From NCBI GenBank assembly GCA_902787715.1, contig CADAHQ010000005.1, positions 2,576 to 66,575 of the forward strand: a DNA stretch of 64,000 nt. The letters run 5' to 3'. The stretch comes from an uncultured Lachnospiraceae bacterium. GTDB lineage: Bacteria; Bacillota; Clostridia; Lachnospirales; Lachnospiraceae. The number at the start of each line of letters is the position of its first letter. Position 1 is the stretch's first letter. Of the stretch, positions 47,622 through 58,160 are shown piece after piece. The notes beneath the pieces are model-generated. The model worked only from the letters and a program-made list of their open reading frames with translations, was not told where the DNA came from and did no database searches. The translations under genes were made by a program, and so were the position numbers.

Positions 47622-49298
47622 GAGCGGAAGGAAGGTATAGCCGTTCTCGAGGCCCCACTGGATGATGCGCTCCACCGCATCGACGGAAAAGCCCTTGATG
47701 TCGTGCTGCAGCACGATGGAAATGTTGTGGTTCTTGATCTGGTTGATGGTGCTGTTGTAAACCTGGTCCGCGGTCGTCAGACCGTCGGAGTCGCCGCTTT
47801 GGACGTTCCAGTCCGTGTACTGGAAGCCGGCGGCCGTCAGGTCGCGGGTGAGGGCTGTCATGACGCCCTTGCAGTAGCCGCGGCTCACGGCGTTGGAGCT
47901 GCCGCCCGGGAAGCGAAGGATGGTCGAGCGCTTGCCGGTCTGCTCCTCAATGATATCGTTCATGGCGTTGAGGTCCGCAAAGTAGGCCTCTTCGCTTGCA
48001 TAGATTACGTTGTAACGGTGCGTGTAGGTGTGGATGGCAACGGTGTGCCCTTCCTCCGCCTCGCGCTTGATTAAGTACCGGTAATTCGGGAACTGGTTGG
48101 TTACGAAGAAGGTCACTTTGACGTCGTATTTGGCGAGGACGTCCAGGAGCTTTTCGGTGTAGACGCAGGGGCCGTCGTCGAAGGTTAAGTAGATGACCTT
48201 GCCCTCCGGGCGAACCTCCTCAACCTGCGGACGGGGAACAACCGAGACCTCGCGGGTTGCGACGCCCTCGTTGCCGTCCTTGTCCGTCACGCGGTAGGTG
48301 TAGGTATACACGCCCTCTTTGAAGTTGTCAATCTCGCCCTCCACGGTCACCTGCTCGCTCAGGTCGCCGTCGGCGTAGTCGATGGCTGTAAAGCCCGGTT
48401 CGTGGAAGCGGTCGCCCATGAGAACCGTGACCTTCGCGCCGCCGGTAAGCTTGATCTCCGGCGTCTCCAGGTCTTTCTTGATCACGATGCGGGTGGTCTG
48501 TGCGGTGTTGCCGTGGCCGTCGGTCACCTCGTAAACATAGAGGGTCTCCTCCGACGTTGCGCCGGACTTCGTGCTCACCGTCACGGAGGCGGTGACATCG
48601 CCGTCGCAGTCGTCCTGCGCCGTGAATCCGGGCTCCTTGTATTCGTCGCGGATGTCCACGTAGGTAACGCCCGCTCCGGCCAGGGTAATCACCGGCGCCG
48701 TGCGGTCGTCGTAGCGGATCTTCCGCTTCGCCTCGGCCTTGTTGCCGGCCTTGTCCGTCACGGTGTAGTACACGTAACCGTCACCCGGAATGTCCTTTTG
48801 GATGCGGTCCGTGATGTCACCCTCGTAAGCGTCATATGCGCTGCACCCTTCCTCGACGAAGGGCTGCCCCACCGGCGTGTAGAGGAGGTCATTTTCCGAA
48901 AGCGTGATCACCGGCGCCTGGGTGTCGGCAACTGTGACCGTGCGCTTCACTTCCTTCACGCGGGATTTGCGCTCCGCGCGGTAGATGATTTCGTACGTGC
49001 CGGGCACCTGCGTGTCCACGGTTCCCTCGATGGTAACCGCAAGCGGCGTCCGCTCGAAGAAGCTGAACCGCCCGCTTCCGTAGTAGGCGTCCGCGCCTTG
49101 CTCCTGATAGTCCGAACCGACCTCCAGCGTCATGGTCTGCTCCCCGTGAAGGGTCATGTTGATGCCCCAGCGCCCCAGCAGATAAACCACCAGAAACGCT
49201 AACGTCGCCAAGAGCAACAGCCCCGTGAAGCACACGATGAGCAACCGGCCGATCCGTTTTCCTTTCTTCCTCTTCATCCTTGTTATCTCACTTTCCAT
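47580..49298 (-). CDS. membrane-anchored polysaccharide deacetylase (NodB domain) with three Ig-like DUF5011-type repeats
   Basis: ORF 47580..49373; the start is uncertain (ATG 49298 or 49277). TM anchor. Three repeats of the type APVITL...EPGFTA.D..DGD.T. NodB motifs YLTFDDGP and HTYTH. Confidence 0.83.
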   Translation of the reverse strand: MESEITRMKRKKGKRIGRLLIVCFTGLLLLATLAFLVVYLLGRWGINMTLHGEQTMTLEVGSDYQEQGADAYYGSGRFSFFERTPLAVTIEGTVDTQVPGTYEIIYRAERKSRVKEVKRTVTVADTQAPVITLSENDLLYTPVGQPFVEEGCSAYDAYEGDITDRIQKDIPGDGYVYYTVTDKAGNKAEAKRKIRYDDRTAPVITLAGAGVTYVDIRDEYKEPGFTAQDDCDGDVTASVTVSTKSGATSEETLYVYEVTDGHGNTAQTTRIVIKKDLETPEIKLTGGAKVTVLMGDRFHEPGFTAIDYADGDLSEQVTVEGEIDNFKEGVYTYTYRVTDKDGNEGVATREVSVVPRPQVEEVRPEGKVIYLTFDDGPCVYTEKLLDVLAKYDVKVTFFVTNQFPNYRYLIKREAEEGHTVAIHTYTHRYNVIYASEEAYFADLNAMNDIIEEQTGKRSTILRFPGGSSNAVSRGYCKGVMTALTRDLTAAGFQYTDWNVQSGDSDGLTTADQVYNSTINQIKNHNISIVLQHDIKGFSVDAVERIIQWGLENGYTFLPLQPDSPTVHQRLNN

Positions 49299-49463
49299 CG
49301 GGTTCGCAACACCCTCCACAGAGAAGAGCGTCCCGATATGGAACGCTCTGTCTCTGCCACTATTTCCTTCCATGTTTGCGCATATCCGGCGGGCGTAATC
49401 AACGTCCCCGGAATCATCTTCGTTTGTGGATATGCGGAGCTGCTCTCCGCGAAGCGTTCCGGC

Positions 49464-51824
49464 TTACTTCGAAACCGGATCCGTCCAGTATTCCTTGTTG
49501 TACATATCCGTGAAGCGGTATGTGGTCTTCGCCGTCTGGCCCGTGATTTCAAGGTCTGTCACAGTGAGAGTCCCGCTGACGGTAATCTGGGTTCCCATCA
49601 TGTAGCTGTCCTGATACTCGCCACCGTAGGTGTAGTAGTCGCACAGGAAATCGATCTTGTCGCCGTTCACGATCTCCGTCATGTCCTTCGCTGCAACATC
49701 CACATCGCCGTCCGCGTAGTACGTGGTGGCGCCGTATACGGTGCCCTTGCCGGTCTCGTCGAAGACAACCTGCAGCTTCACGCGCTCGCCGTTGAGAAGC
49801 GCCGGAATGTATCCGTAGTAGTAATATACATCGTTGCCGTCACTGTCTTTCTTGACCTTGCCGTCATCCGTGTACTGCTTCTGGGTGGAGGTGTGGTAGT
49901 AAGCAACCAGCTGTCCGCCGATGCCGACCCAGGTCTTGTCCATGTCGCCGGTGAGAACGCCGTCCTTGTATTCGAACAGCTCATCCAGGCCGAGATCGAT
50001 AAATCCTGCCCCGTCGTCAAGGAACATGTTCTTGTCGACGCTCGTAATCATCGACCACTGGTCCTTGCCGAGGTTCATGGTGTATTTGCCGCCGTTTGCC
50101 GTCCAGACAAGCTTGGATGCATCCAGGTAGTTCTTTGCGTAGTACTCCGCTGCAGCATTTGCGTCAAATCCATCCATAAACCCGGTGTTCGTATCATCGA
50201 GTCCGCGGATGCTTCTGCCGCCGCCCAAGAAGCTGCCAAGGAGCGATCCAATCAGGTCAACGCTTCCGTTGGAGCCGCCGGTGCCGCCGCCGCCTAAGAG
50301 CGTGCCGATCAAAGAGCCTGCGGTGGTCGTACCGCCTGCTGCCACCTGACCGCCGGTCTCAAGGCTTGCAAACTTGCGGATGCAGTTTGCATACTCGCTG
50401 TCCATACCGATCTGGTCGTAGGTCTTGCAGGCGCTGTCCACCTTGCCCGTGGTGTTGTACGGGAAATAGATGGAGACGCCGTAGCAGTTGCTCATGTTCG
50501 TCGAGGTGCGGTTGTATTTGACGGCCTTCTGAATTGCCGCCGCAAGGTTCTTCGCCTCGCTGGTTCCGATATTGTTTGCAAGGTCTACAAGGTCAACCTG
50601 GTCGATGCGCGTGCTGGTGGCAAATTCTCTCGTCGCGGTGCGCGCTGCCGAAATTTCCTTGTACTCGTTCTTCGTAAGCTTTTCGCTGATGGACTTTGCA
50701 AAATTCTTCAGATTGTCCGGAATCGTGTATGCAAACTCCGCAAGGTCAATCACCGAGAGGGTGGTCTTCTGACCGTTGCAGCGGCGCTTGCACTCCGAAA
50801 CGAAATCGTCAACGATAATCTTGCCCACGTCCACGGTAGCCATGGACGTGTTCTTTGCGAATTTGTTCAGCCAGTTGGTGTAGTACCAGCCGATACCGGG
50901 CTCGGTCTCCTCGGACGCAATCAGGTAGTCCGCATAGGAGTCAAGCATCAAAGCGGTCTCCGCCGTAGCCATGAGGCAGGCGTCGAAGCCGATGAAGTCA
51001 AACTTTACGCCGGCGTTCTTAAGCGCCGTGTTGAGGCCCGCGAGGTTCATGGAACCGCTGCTCTTGTTCTTCTCGTCATAGCCGTAGCCGCTGACGGATC
51101 CGCCGCCGTGATCCCAGAGAATCAACTCGTAGCGGTCCGCAGGGAACGCGGTCACACCGTACTTGATGAAATCGGTGAGCGTCTGGGGTTTCGTCATGGC
51201 AGCATTGCCCGCGTCGTCCTTAAGGCGCGTCAGACCCTGTCCCTTCACCTGATAAATCTGGTTCACGGAGTTGCTGATGCCGCTGGTCTTCCACTTCGAG
51301 CAACCGCCGGTGTAAACGATGATATTGATGTTGTCACCGAGGTCGGCCTTCGCCATCTCCTGCAGGTCGTTGGAAGCCATGCCGTGCTTGGACTCGAGGT
51401 CCGTACCGCACATGTACACCAGAATTGTAACCTTGTCTTTACCGCCGCCCTTGATGGCGGTGTATTTGGCGCGGGAGCCCTTCTCAACCGTGGTGTCTAC
51501 GGAAGACTCCGTAACCGCAACATGGTCGCCGTCCTGCGGGGTCTGCTCCTCGGTTGTGTTGGTGGTGCCGCCCATCTTGCCGCCGATCACCATATAAATG
51601 ATGATACCGATGATGGCGAGAAGGCTGACGCCGCCCGCACGGGTGACGCCGTGGCCGCTGCCGGAGCTCGAGCCGTCGCCGAGGGAAACGGAGCCTCTCC
51701 GTCTTCCCGAGTACCCGTTTGAAGAACCGACGGGACCGCCGCCTAAGCCGGAGCCTCTTCTGTGCGCACCGTCAACGGAACCGGTGACATTTTTCTTTCT
51801 TCCGGAATTTCTGTTTTCGTCCAT
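49464..51824 (-). CDS. clostripain-family (C11) cysteine peptidase, membrane anchored
   Basis: Gly/Ser/Arg-rich N-terminus plus a TM helix. Catalytic His in LILWDHGGG and Cys in IGFDACLMA. 786 aa. Confidence 0.83.
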   Translation of the reverse strand: MDENRNSGRKKNVTGSVDGAHRRGSGLGGGPVGSSNGYSGRRRGSVSLGDGSSSGSGHGVTRAGGVSLLAIIGIIIYMVIGGKMGGTTNTTEEQTPQDGDHVAVTESSVDTTVEKGSRAKYTAIKGGGKDKVTILVYMCGTDLESKHGMASNDLQEMAKADLGDNINIIVYTGGCSKWKTSGISNSVNQIYQVKGQGLTRLKDDAGNAAMTKPQTLTDFIKYGVTAFPADRYELILWDHGGGSVSGYGYDEKNKSSGSMNLAGLNTALKNAGVKFDFIGFDACLMATAETALMLDSYADYLIASEETEPGIGWYYTNWLNKFAKNTSMATVDVGKIIVDDFVSECKRRCNGQKTTLSVIDLAEFAYTIPDNLKNFAKSISEKLTKNEYKEISAARTATREFATSTRIDQVDLVDLANNIGTSEAKNLAAAIQKAVKYNRTSTNMSNCYGVSIYFPYNTTGKVDSACKTYDQIGMDSEYANCIRKFASLETGGQVAAGGTTTAGSLIGTLLGGGGTGGSNGSVDLIGSLLGSFLGGGRSIRGLDDTNTGFMDGFDANAAAEYYAKNYLDASKLVWTANGGKYTMNLGKDQWSMITSVDKNMFLDDGAGFIDLGLDELFEYKDGVLTGDMDKTWVGIGGQLVAYYHTSTQKQYTDDGKVKKDSDGNDVYYYYGYIPALLNGERVKLQVVFDETGKGTVYGATTYYADGDVDVAAKDMTEIVNGDKIDFLCDYYTYGGEYQDSYMMGTQITVSGTLTVTDLEITGQTAKTTYRFTDMYNKEYWTDPVSK

Positions 51825-51882
51825 ACTCCCTTCTTTCTCCCCGGCAATCCATCCGCCGGAGTCTTTCCTCTTTTACGAAAAT

Positions 51883-53085
51883 CTATCGGTCGTGTTTCAT
51901 TCTCCATTCGATACAGCGCTCCAGATAGTGCTCATAATCGGGATTCTTGCACATTCCCTTGCCCTTTACATCGGAGAGCTTCGCAACGTCCATGCCGTTG
52001 CATGCCGTCGTCTTCATGACGATATTCAACGGCTCGGCAAATGTGTCGTTCGAGATGTACGTTCCGATTCCGAACGCAACCTTCGCCTTCCCCTTAAAGT
52101 ACTTCATTATAGCCGTAGCCCGCGCAAAATCCAGGCTGTCGCTGAACAGAAGCGTCTTCTGCGTCGCGTCGATGCCGAGCGTCTTATAGTGCGCAAGCAT
52201 CTTGTCGCCCCACTCGTACGGCGAGCCACTGTCGTGGCGGACACCGCTGAAGAGCGTCGAATATGTCAATTGGAAATCCTTCAAAAAGCAATCGGTGGTA
52301 ATGGTGTCCGTGAGGGCGGTTCCGTTCAAAACGCCGTACTCCTTCACCCACGCATCGAGGGCATACCAGTTGGAGTACGCCGGATTGTGCTTGTGGTTGC
52401 CCTGTCCCACGCACATGATCCACTCATGGGCCATGGTGCCCACCGGCGTCACGCCGTATTTCTTCGCTAGGTACACATTGGAGGTACCGACGAACTTCGA
52501 GGTCGGGAAAGTCTCCTCGGCGAGGCGCTTGATGGCCAGGTCCTCCGCCTCCGCGCACAGGCGTCTCCGGAGTCCGAACTCGGAAAATGCACCCAGCTCA
52601 TACTCCCCGGTCTTCAGCTTCGCAATCTTATCCTCCAGCCGCTCGCTGTAGCTCTTCATGAGTTCGTCGTGGTCGTAGCGCATCTGAAAATACACTTCGT
52701 TCACGATGGCAAGCGTGGGAATCTCGTACATGGACGTGTTGAGCCACGTGCCTCTGGTCTCGATGGTCAGTCCGCAGGGATCGTCCGTGCCGAACTCGAA
52801 ATCCGCGTAGCGCGGCTTCCAGAGTCTTAAGAAATCCACATAGGATCCCTTGATCCAGCGGATGTTCTCAAGGTAGGCAAGCTCCTCCTCGCTGAAGCGA
52901 AGGTCGCAGTACATCTTAATCTGACGCTTAATCTCCTCCACCATCTCCGGCGTGAAGAAAACATCCGTATTCCGACAATGGAAGGACCATGTCGTCTTGT
53001 AGTCACTGAACTGATGGTAGATTCCCTGTCCCATGGAGAACTTGTATGCATCGGTCTCCAACAGGCTGTTGACAATTCTTTCCAC
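51883..53085 (-). CDS. pncB: nicotinate phosphoribosyltransferase
   Basis: GTG start, 6 nt after AGAGGT. SLLETDAYKFSMGQ at the N-terminus and the GTMAHEW / GIGT blocks of NAPRTase. Confidence 0.88.
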   Translation of the reverse strand: MERIVNSLLETDAYKFSMGQGIYHQFSDYKTTWSFHCRNTDVFFTPEMVEEIKRQIKMYCDLRFSEEELAYLENIRWIKGSYVDFLRLWKPRYADFEFGTDDPCGLTIETRGTWLNTSMYEIPTLAIVNEVYFQMRYDHDELMKSYSERLEDKIAKLKTGEYELGAFSEFGLRRRLCAEAEDLAIKRLAEETFPTSKFVGTSNVYLAKKYGVTPVGTMAHEWIMCVGQGNHKHNPAYSNWYALDAWVKEYGVLNGTALTDTITTDCFLKDFQLTYSTLFSGVRHDSGSPYEWGDKMLAHYKTLGIDATQKTLLFSDSLDFARATAIMKYFKGKAKVAFGIGTYISNDTFAEPLNIVMKTTACNGMDVAKLSDVKGKGMCKNPDYEHYLERCIEWRMKHDR

Positions 53086-53282
53086 GAAGTTACCTCTGTC
53101 TTTCCGTATTCATACCTACGCTGTTTGCGCATTTCCGCGCTCCGTATCCCGGAGCGTGCACCCATACCGCGTTTATTATATCGCGATTTCGTTTTGCATG
53201 CAATGATTTTTCAACGAAAAAGCGCCCGCGCATTATCAGCACGGACGCCCTCGTCAGTTCCCGCAACACCGCAGGAGTGTCA

Positions 53283-53876
53283 TCATTTTTCCCTTTTCAG
53301 CACAAAACCCTCATCGAATGAGCCGCTCACGGAGAACTCATAGGTCTTGCCGAATTCGATCGCAAATGCTTCGCAGGGCTCGGTGTAAGCGTATTTTCCG
53401 CCGTTCTCCACGTCGCCGTCATCATACAGTTCGATCCAAAAAGAAAACTTCGTGTAGTCGGAGTCCTCCGGGAACTCCAGAGGCGACAGGGTGTACATAA
53501 GCGTTCCCTTCAAGGGAGCATGCCCGTAATCCGCCACCGTCTGCATTCCCTTGACGTCCCCGTCGAGTTGATACGGCATGGTCATCACATAAACATCCTT
53601 CACTTCGCCGGAGAGATCGATCTTCACCTTGATCAGGTCGGTTTCCTTGAAATCGATCGTTCCGCCCTCCTCGGACTTCCTGCGTAGCTCCCTGATCCTG
53701 GCTTCCCATTCCTCCTTCGTCTCCGCCGGCTCCTCCGTCTTGATCGCATCGCTTACATTCTTCGCGTCCGTCCCGGCATCTTTTGCGGCGTTCCGATCAC
53801 AGCCGAGCAGCAACGCGCTCAGGATCACCGCGCACGCCATCGCGAGCACAACCTTACAATTGTTTCCCATTTTCAT
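53283..53876 (-). CDS. hypothetical lipoprotein
   Basis: Signal peptide with lipobox LLLGC. Acidic linker. No recognisable catalytic motif. Immediately downstream of the BceB-like permease. Confidence 0.65.
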   Translation of the reverse strand: MKMGNNCKVVLAMACAVILSALLLGCDRNAAKDAGTDAKNVSDAIKTEEPAETKEEWEARIRELRRKSEEGGTIDFKETDLIKVKIDLSGEVKDVYVMTMPYQLDGDVKGMQTVADYGHAPLKGTLMYTLSPLEFPEDSDYTKFSFWIELYDDGDVENGGKYAYTEPCEAFAIEFGKTYEFSVSGSFDEGFVLKREK

Positions 53877-53897
53877 TTTCCCCCGCTAAATCTCTGC

Positions 53898-56066
53898 TTA
53901 CCGCACGATTCGATAGTATGTGCGCGCCGTCATACGGTAGATCACCATATAGATGAGCGCGAATGCCACTATCGTAAGGCCCGTGCAAATCACGAACAGC
54001 GTGTCGTTGGGCATCATCAGAAGCTTCAGAAGCTTGCGGATGACCGGATACGCAACCAACATGTGAATCACCGCCGTCACGAGAGGCAGGAAGAACACGA
54101 TCACAATCTGGCGGCGAATCGTCCCCTTCGTCTCCTTCTGCGTCATTCCGACCTTCTGCAGAATCTGGAATCTGCTGCGGTCATCATACCCTTCCGAAAT
54201 CTGCTTGTAGTAGATGATCAGAGCCGTTGCAAACAGGAACACCAAACTTAAAAGGATTCCCAAAAAGAACAGCGATCCGTACATGGCGAAGAGCTCGTTG
54301 CGCATCCCCCAGGTGGATTCCCAGAACCAATGCACGTCCGTATAGGACTTCGGTCCTTCCGGGTCATCCTCATCATTTTCCGGCTCGCCCCCATCATTTT
54401 CCGTCTCTTTCACACGCTCCTGAAGATACGTGCCGAAGGTGCTTGCCATCTGCATTTCGGTATCGACTTCCGCAAGTTTCCCCGCATCCGCAACCTGAAC
54501 GCAGTAGGTATAGTAGACAGAAGCATAAAGGTAAAACCGGGAGTCTCCGTCGTACGCTTCCTGCAACTCGCGGTCCAGTCCTTCCACGATCGCGTCGAGC
54601 GTGTCAATCGACGGAACGATGAGTCCGTATGCATCCGCGGTATAAGTCTCATTGGTCGTAAGCGAAAGCGCCTTAACCTCTTTTGCGATGCGCAACGGCT
54701 GCCCGCCGATTCGGAACTGTTCCGGCACGGTTTTGGTAATCTCCGGAGAGTCTGCGGACAATGCAAACCAACCGACCTCTCCGTCGCCAAGCGTAACCGA
54801 CTGTCCGCTGATACCGTTGTAATCCTCGACCGGAAGGATAATCAGCTGAACCGTCCCTTCCGGCATCGTGGCAAATGTGCTTCTGACCTCATAGATCGAA
54901 CCCTTGCCGTTCTCAAAGCGGAAGATATCCGACAGATTTCGCATCGGCCGGAAGGATACCACTTCCGTCCCGTAGTCTTTGACGGTCTTCTCCGTCAACT
55001 CCCGGATTGTCTCCGCGGGAAGTTGGTAGTTATGCGTTTCCCACCCGTTTTCCGTTTCCTCCGAATGCCTGCAGTTGGTTCTCAGAAAAATGTCCGCATC
55101 GCCGTTCAGGAAGTACTGCTTAATCGTCTGTTCCGTTCCGGTGTAAAGGCAGACCGTCGTGGACATCATGACGATTACGCCGGTAGCAAGAATTGCAATA
55201 GACGCGAGGCCGACTGCATTTTGCTTCATACGATACAGTAGATCGGACACTGCAACCATGTTCTTTCTACGATAGTAGAATCCTTTGTTTTTGCGTAACA
55301 GCTTCAGCAAAGCGATGCTTCCGGCAAGGAACAATGCGTACGTTCCGATAACGACCAGAATGACTGCCTTGAAGAAATCCGGGATTGCTTTCAGCGGTGA
55401 CTCTACCGTGAGTGCAATGTAGTAACCCGCGCCGAGAGTCAAAAGACCGATGACTAACAGAATCCACTTGATTTTCGGCTCCTTCTCTCCTGCCCCCGCG
55501 CTCGCGAGGAGCTCCACGGGGCGAAGGCGGGCCAGCCGGAAGCGGTTCCACAGAAACGCTGCGAAATACATCAAGGCAAATCCGCCGACCGTCTTTGCGA
55601 TGCACCCAGGATCCACGTAGAATCCGAGAATCGTATCGACATGGAGCATTTTACAGATGAACAGGCAGCACAGCTTGTAAATCAGAATTCCGAACAAAAC
55701 GCCGCTCACTAAAGAGATTGTCGTGGAGATCAGATTCTCCAGAAACATGATGCGTCCGACATGCCTCTTCTCCATACCGAGCACGTTGTACATTCCGTAC
55801 TCACGCGTTCGCTGTTTCATCAGGAAGCTGTTGGTGAAAAACACTAAAATCACGGAGAGGATCGCAACTACGGCGCAGCCGATGGCCATGATGGCCGGGA
55901 TGGCGTAGCCTCCCTTGATATCTTCGATTCGCTTATCGTTGGCGAGCGTCAGCATGACATAGAAGACGCCGGTCAGACCCGTACCCGCCAGAATATGCGG
56001 TATATACAGCTGGTGGTTCTTTTTGATGTTGGACCACGCCAGCCGGAAAAACAATCCGAGTCTCAT
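53898..56066 (-). CDS. BceB-like ABC permease (FtsX domains, 10 TM, large extracellular loop)
   Basis: 722 aa. FtsX-type helices at both ends and a ~230-aa hydrophilic domain in the middle. The ATG overlaps the ATPase stop (ATGA). Confidence 0.83.
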   Translation of the reverse strand: MRLGLFFRLAWSNIKKNHQLYIPHILAGTGLTGVFYVMLTLANDKRIEDIKGGYAIPAIMAIGCAVVAILSVILVFFTNSFLMKQRTREYGMYNVLGMEKRHVGRIMFLENLISTTISLVSGVLFGILIYKLCCLFICKMLHVDTILGFYVDPGCIAKTVGGFALMYFAAFLWNRFRLARLRPVELLASAGAGEKEPKIKWILLVIGLLTLGAGYYIALTVESPLKAIPDFFKAVILVVIGTYALFLAGSIALLKLLRKNKGFYYRRKNMVAVSDLLYRMKQNAVGLASIAILATGVIVMMSTTVCLYTGTEQTIKQYFLNGDADIFLRTNCRHSEETENGWETHNYQLPAETIRELTEKTVKDYGTEVVSFRPMRNLSDIFRFENGKGSIYEVRSTFATMPEGTVQLIILPVEDYNGISGQSVTLGDGEVGWFALSADSPEITKTVPEQFRIGGQPLRIAKEVKALSLTTNETYTADAYGLIVPSIDTLDAIVEGLDRELQEAYDGDSRFYLYASVYYTYCVQVADAGKLAEVDTEMQMASTFGTYLQERVKETENDGGEPENDEDDPEGPKSYTDVHWFWESTWGMRNELFAMYGSLFFLGILLSLVFLFATALIIYYKQISEGYDDRSRFQILQKVGMTQKETKGTIRRQIVIVFFLPLVTAVIHMLVAYPVIRKLLKLLMMPNDTLFVICTGLTIVAFALIYMVIYRMTARTYYRIVR

Positions 56067-56827
56067 CTCTGCTCACCACCTGTCGTCAGAAGTGTCAACG
56101 TGTCCGAAATCTTTTGATAGAGCTGTTCATTGGTGCATTCGCCGCGGTAGATCTGGTGGAACACCTCACCGTCGCGGATGAACAAAACGCGGGACGCATG
56201 ACTCGCGGCCTTCGTCGAATGGGTAACCATAAGAATGGTCTGTCCCTGGGAGTTGATATCCCGGAACACGCGCAGAAGGTCGTCGGTCGACTTCGAGTCG
56301 AGCGCGCCCGTAGGCTCGTCGGCGAGAATCAGCTTCGGATCCGTGATGAGCGCTCTGGCCACCGCCGTGCGCTGCTTCTGACCGCCGGACACCTCGTAGG
56401 GGTATTTGGCGAGAAGGTCCGAAATGCCGAGCCGCTCGGCGATCGGCAGAAGTTTTCCCTCAAGCTCCGCAGGTTTTGCACCGTTCAATACCAGGGGCAG
56501 CAATATGTTGTCACGGATAGAAAACGTGTCCAGCAGATTGAACTCCTGGAACACGAATCCGAGGTTTTCGCGGCGGAACGTTGCCATGTCCGCCTCCTTG
56601 ATTGTCGAGAGCTCTCTGCCCTCCAGAACAACCTTGCCGGCTGTAGGCCGGTCAAGAGCCGCCAGAATGTTGAGAAGCGTCGTCTTGCCGGAGCCCGACT
56701 CTCCCATGATTGCCACGTACTCGCCTTTCTCCACCGAGAAGGTCACGTTGGAGAGCGCCTGTACTTTGTTTCCCCCGAATCTTGTGGTGTACACCTTCTG
56801 CAGATTACTTACTTCCAAAATGGACAT
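56063..56827 (-). CDS. BceA-like ABC ATP-binding protein
   Basis: ORF 56063..57067. ATG 56827 gives MSILEVSNLQKVY. GESGSGKTT, VSGGQKQR, LILADEPTGALD. Confidence 0.9.
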   Translation of the reverse strand: MSILEVSNLQKVYTTRFGGNKVQALSNVTFSVEKGEYVAIMGESGSGKTTLLNILAALDRPTAGKVVLEGRELSTIKEADMATFRRENLGFVFQEFNLLDTFSIRDNILLPLVLNGAKPAELEGKLLPIAERLGISDLLAKYPYEVSGGQKQRTAVARALITDPKLILADEPTGALDSKSTDDLLRVFRDINSQGQTILMVTHSTKAASHASRVLFIRDGEVFHQIYRGECTNEQLYQKISDTLTLLTTGGEQR

Positions 56828-57068
56828 CTTGTTTTGTTCCTCCGTTTCCCGGTTTCTCCGGTTTCTTGGGTGTTTCCGATCCCCCCACACGCGGGATGCA
56901 CTCCCGTCCGCGATGCGCTCTCCCCCGTAGTGTCTCCCCGGCGGAACCTCCCGCCAAGCAAAACACCGTCGCACGCAGCCGGGGCACACCCCCGTGCTTA
57001 CATTGGGCATTATACGCCCTGCGACGGTGTCAAAACATCGATTTCGGTTACAATTCCACGCGGCCATG

Positions 57069-57082
57069 TGACATTTTTGTAA
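57069..57082. promoter_or_regulatory. BceR-type regulator box candidate upstream of the ABC genes
   Basis: TGACA-TTTT-TGTAA, an imperfect inverted repeat. It matches the TNACA-N4-TGTAA pattern I recall for BceR-like regulators. A TATAAT (minus strand, plus 57009-57014) lies ~60 nt downstream. Confidence 0.4.
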
Positions 57083-57139
57083 GGTCAGCCGCTTTTCGCG
57101 CTTTTTTCAGGCGCTTCCGCAATGCGGGCGCAAACGCCC

Positions 57140-58126
57140 CTACGGCACCTCGTCAAGGAGTGCGAAGCGATAGCCGGCCTCCTCGAGAAGCGTCAGAACC
57201 GCGTCCAATTCTTCCGCGTTCTGCTGGCAATCGTTGTGGATCAAGGCAACGGCGCCGCTGTGGTGGTACGTCTTAAAATGGTTCGTCACGTATCCCGGCG
57301 CCGGCGGATTCTTCTTGTCGTAATCTCCGTAGGCAATGCTCCAAAACACAGTCCGGTAGCCCGCGTCCTGAATGAGCGTAAGAAGCCGCACGGTATAGGA
57401 GCCGGACGGTGTGCGGAAGAACGGGTCCATCTCGTAGCCCGTCACCTCATAGAAATACTTCGCGCAGTCAAAGATTTCGGCGATGATATTCTCCACCTCC
57501 ATCACCCGAAGATCCGAATGGGACACCGTGTGGTTGCACACCGCGTGGCCCTCTTCCTTCATGCGGATGGCGTAGTCGGCGCATTTTTCGAGGTACATCT
57601 TCGTGACGAAGAAGCTTGCGTGGGCGTTGTGCTTCTTCAGCGTGTCCAGAATCTTCACCGTGAGGTTCGACGGATAGCCGCAGTCGAAGGTCAGGTAGAT
57701 GACCTTGTCGTCATCGGTGGCGGACTTGTCCACGTAGAAGCCGCCGTAGTCCGCAATCGGGATGAACTCCCTGGTGCCGGACTGGGTGTGGTCGGTCTTC
57801 CGGATAAACTGCCACGTGCGCTTTGAGGTGTTGTCCAGCGAGTTGTAGTAGTCCACCTTCGAGAGAAGCTCCTCCCGCTTTTCCTCAAGCTTTTCCACGG
57901 GCGTCTGCGTCGGCGTGGGCGTAGGCGTGTTGGTGGGCGTCGGTGTCGGTGAGTTCGTAGGCGTGGGCGAGTTCGTGGCCGTGGGCGTATAGGCCGCCGT
58001 CGGCGTATTCGCCGGCGTCACGCTCCCGTTGCCCGCGCCGCCCCTTGTGCAGGCGCCAAGCGCAGCAAATGCAGCCGCCACCGTGACAGCTGCCAGCATC
58101 TTACGAATGGTCTTTCCGTTTTTCAT
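57140..58126 (-). CDS. PdaA-like polysaccharide deacetylase lipoprotein
   Basis: ORF 57140..58405. ATG 58126 gives MKNGKTIRKMLAAVTVAAAFAALGAC (lipobox). Thr/Pro linker. NodB blocks YLTFDCGY and HAVCNHTVSH. Confidence 0.83.
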   Translation of the reverse strand: MKNGKTIRKMLAAVTVAAAFAALGACTRGGAGNGSVTPANTPTAAYTPTATNSPTPTNSPTPTPTNTPTPTPTQTPVEKLEEKREELLSKVDYYNSLDNTSKRTWQFIRKTDHTQSGTREFIPIADYGGFYVDKSATDDDKVIYLTFDCGYPSNLTVKILDTLKKHNAHASFFVTKMYLEKCADYAIRMKEEGHAVCNHTVSHSDLRVMEVENIIAEIFDCAKYFYEVTGYEMDPFFRTPSGSYTVRLLTLIQDAGYRTVFWSIAYGDYDKKNPPAPGYVTNHFKTYHHSGAVALIHNDCQQNAEELDAVLTLLEEAGYRFALLDEVP

Positions 58127-58160
58127 ATTCCCCCATGTCCTTTCCGTTATTTCGGATGAT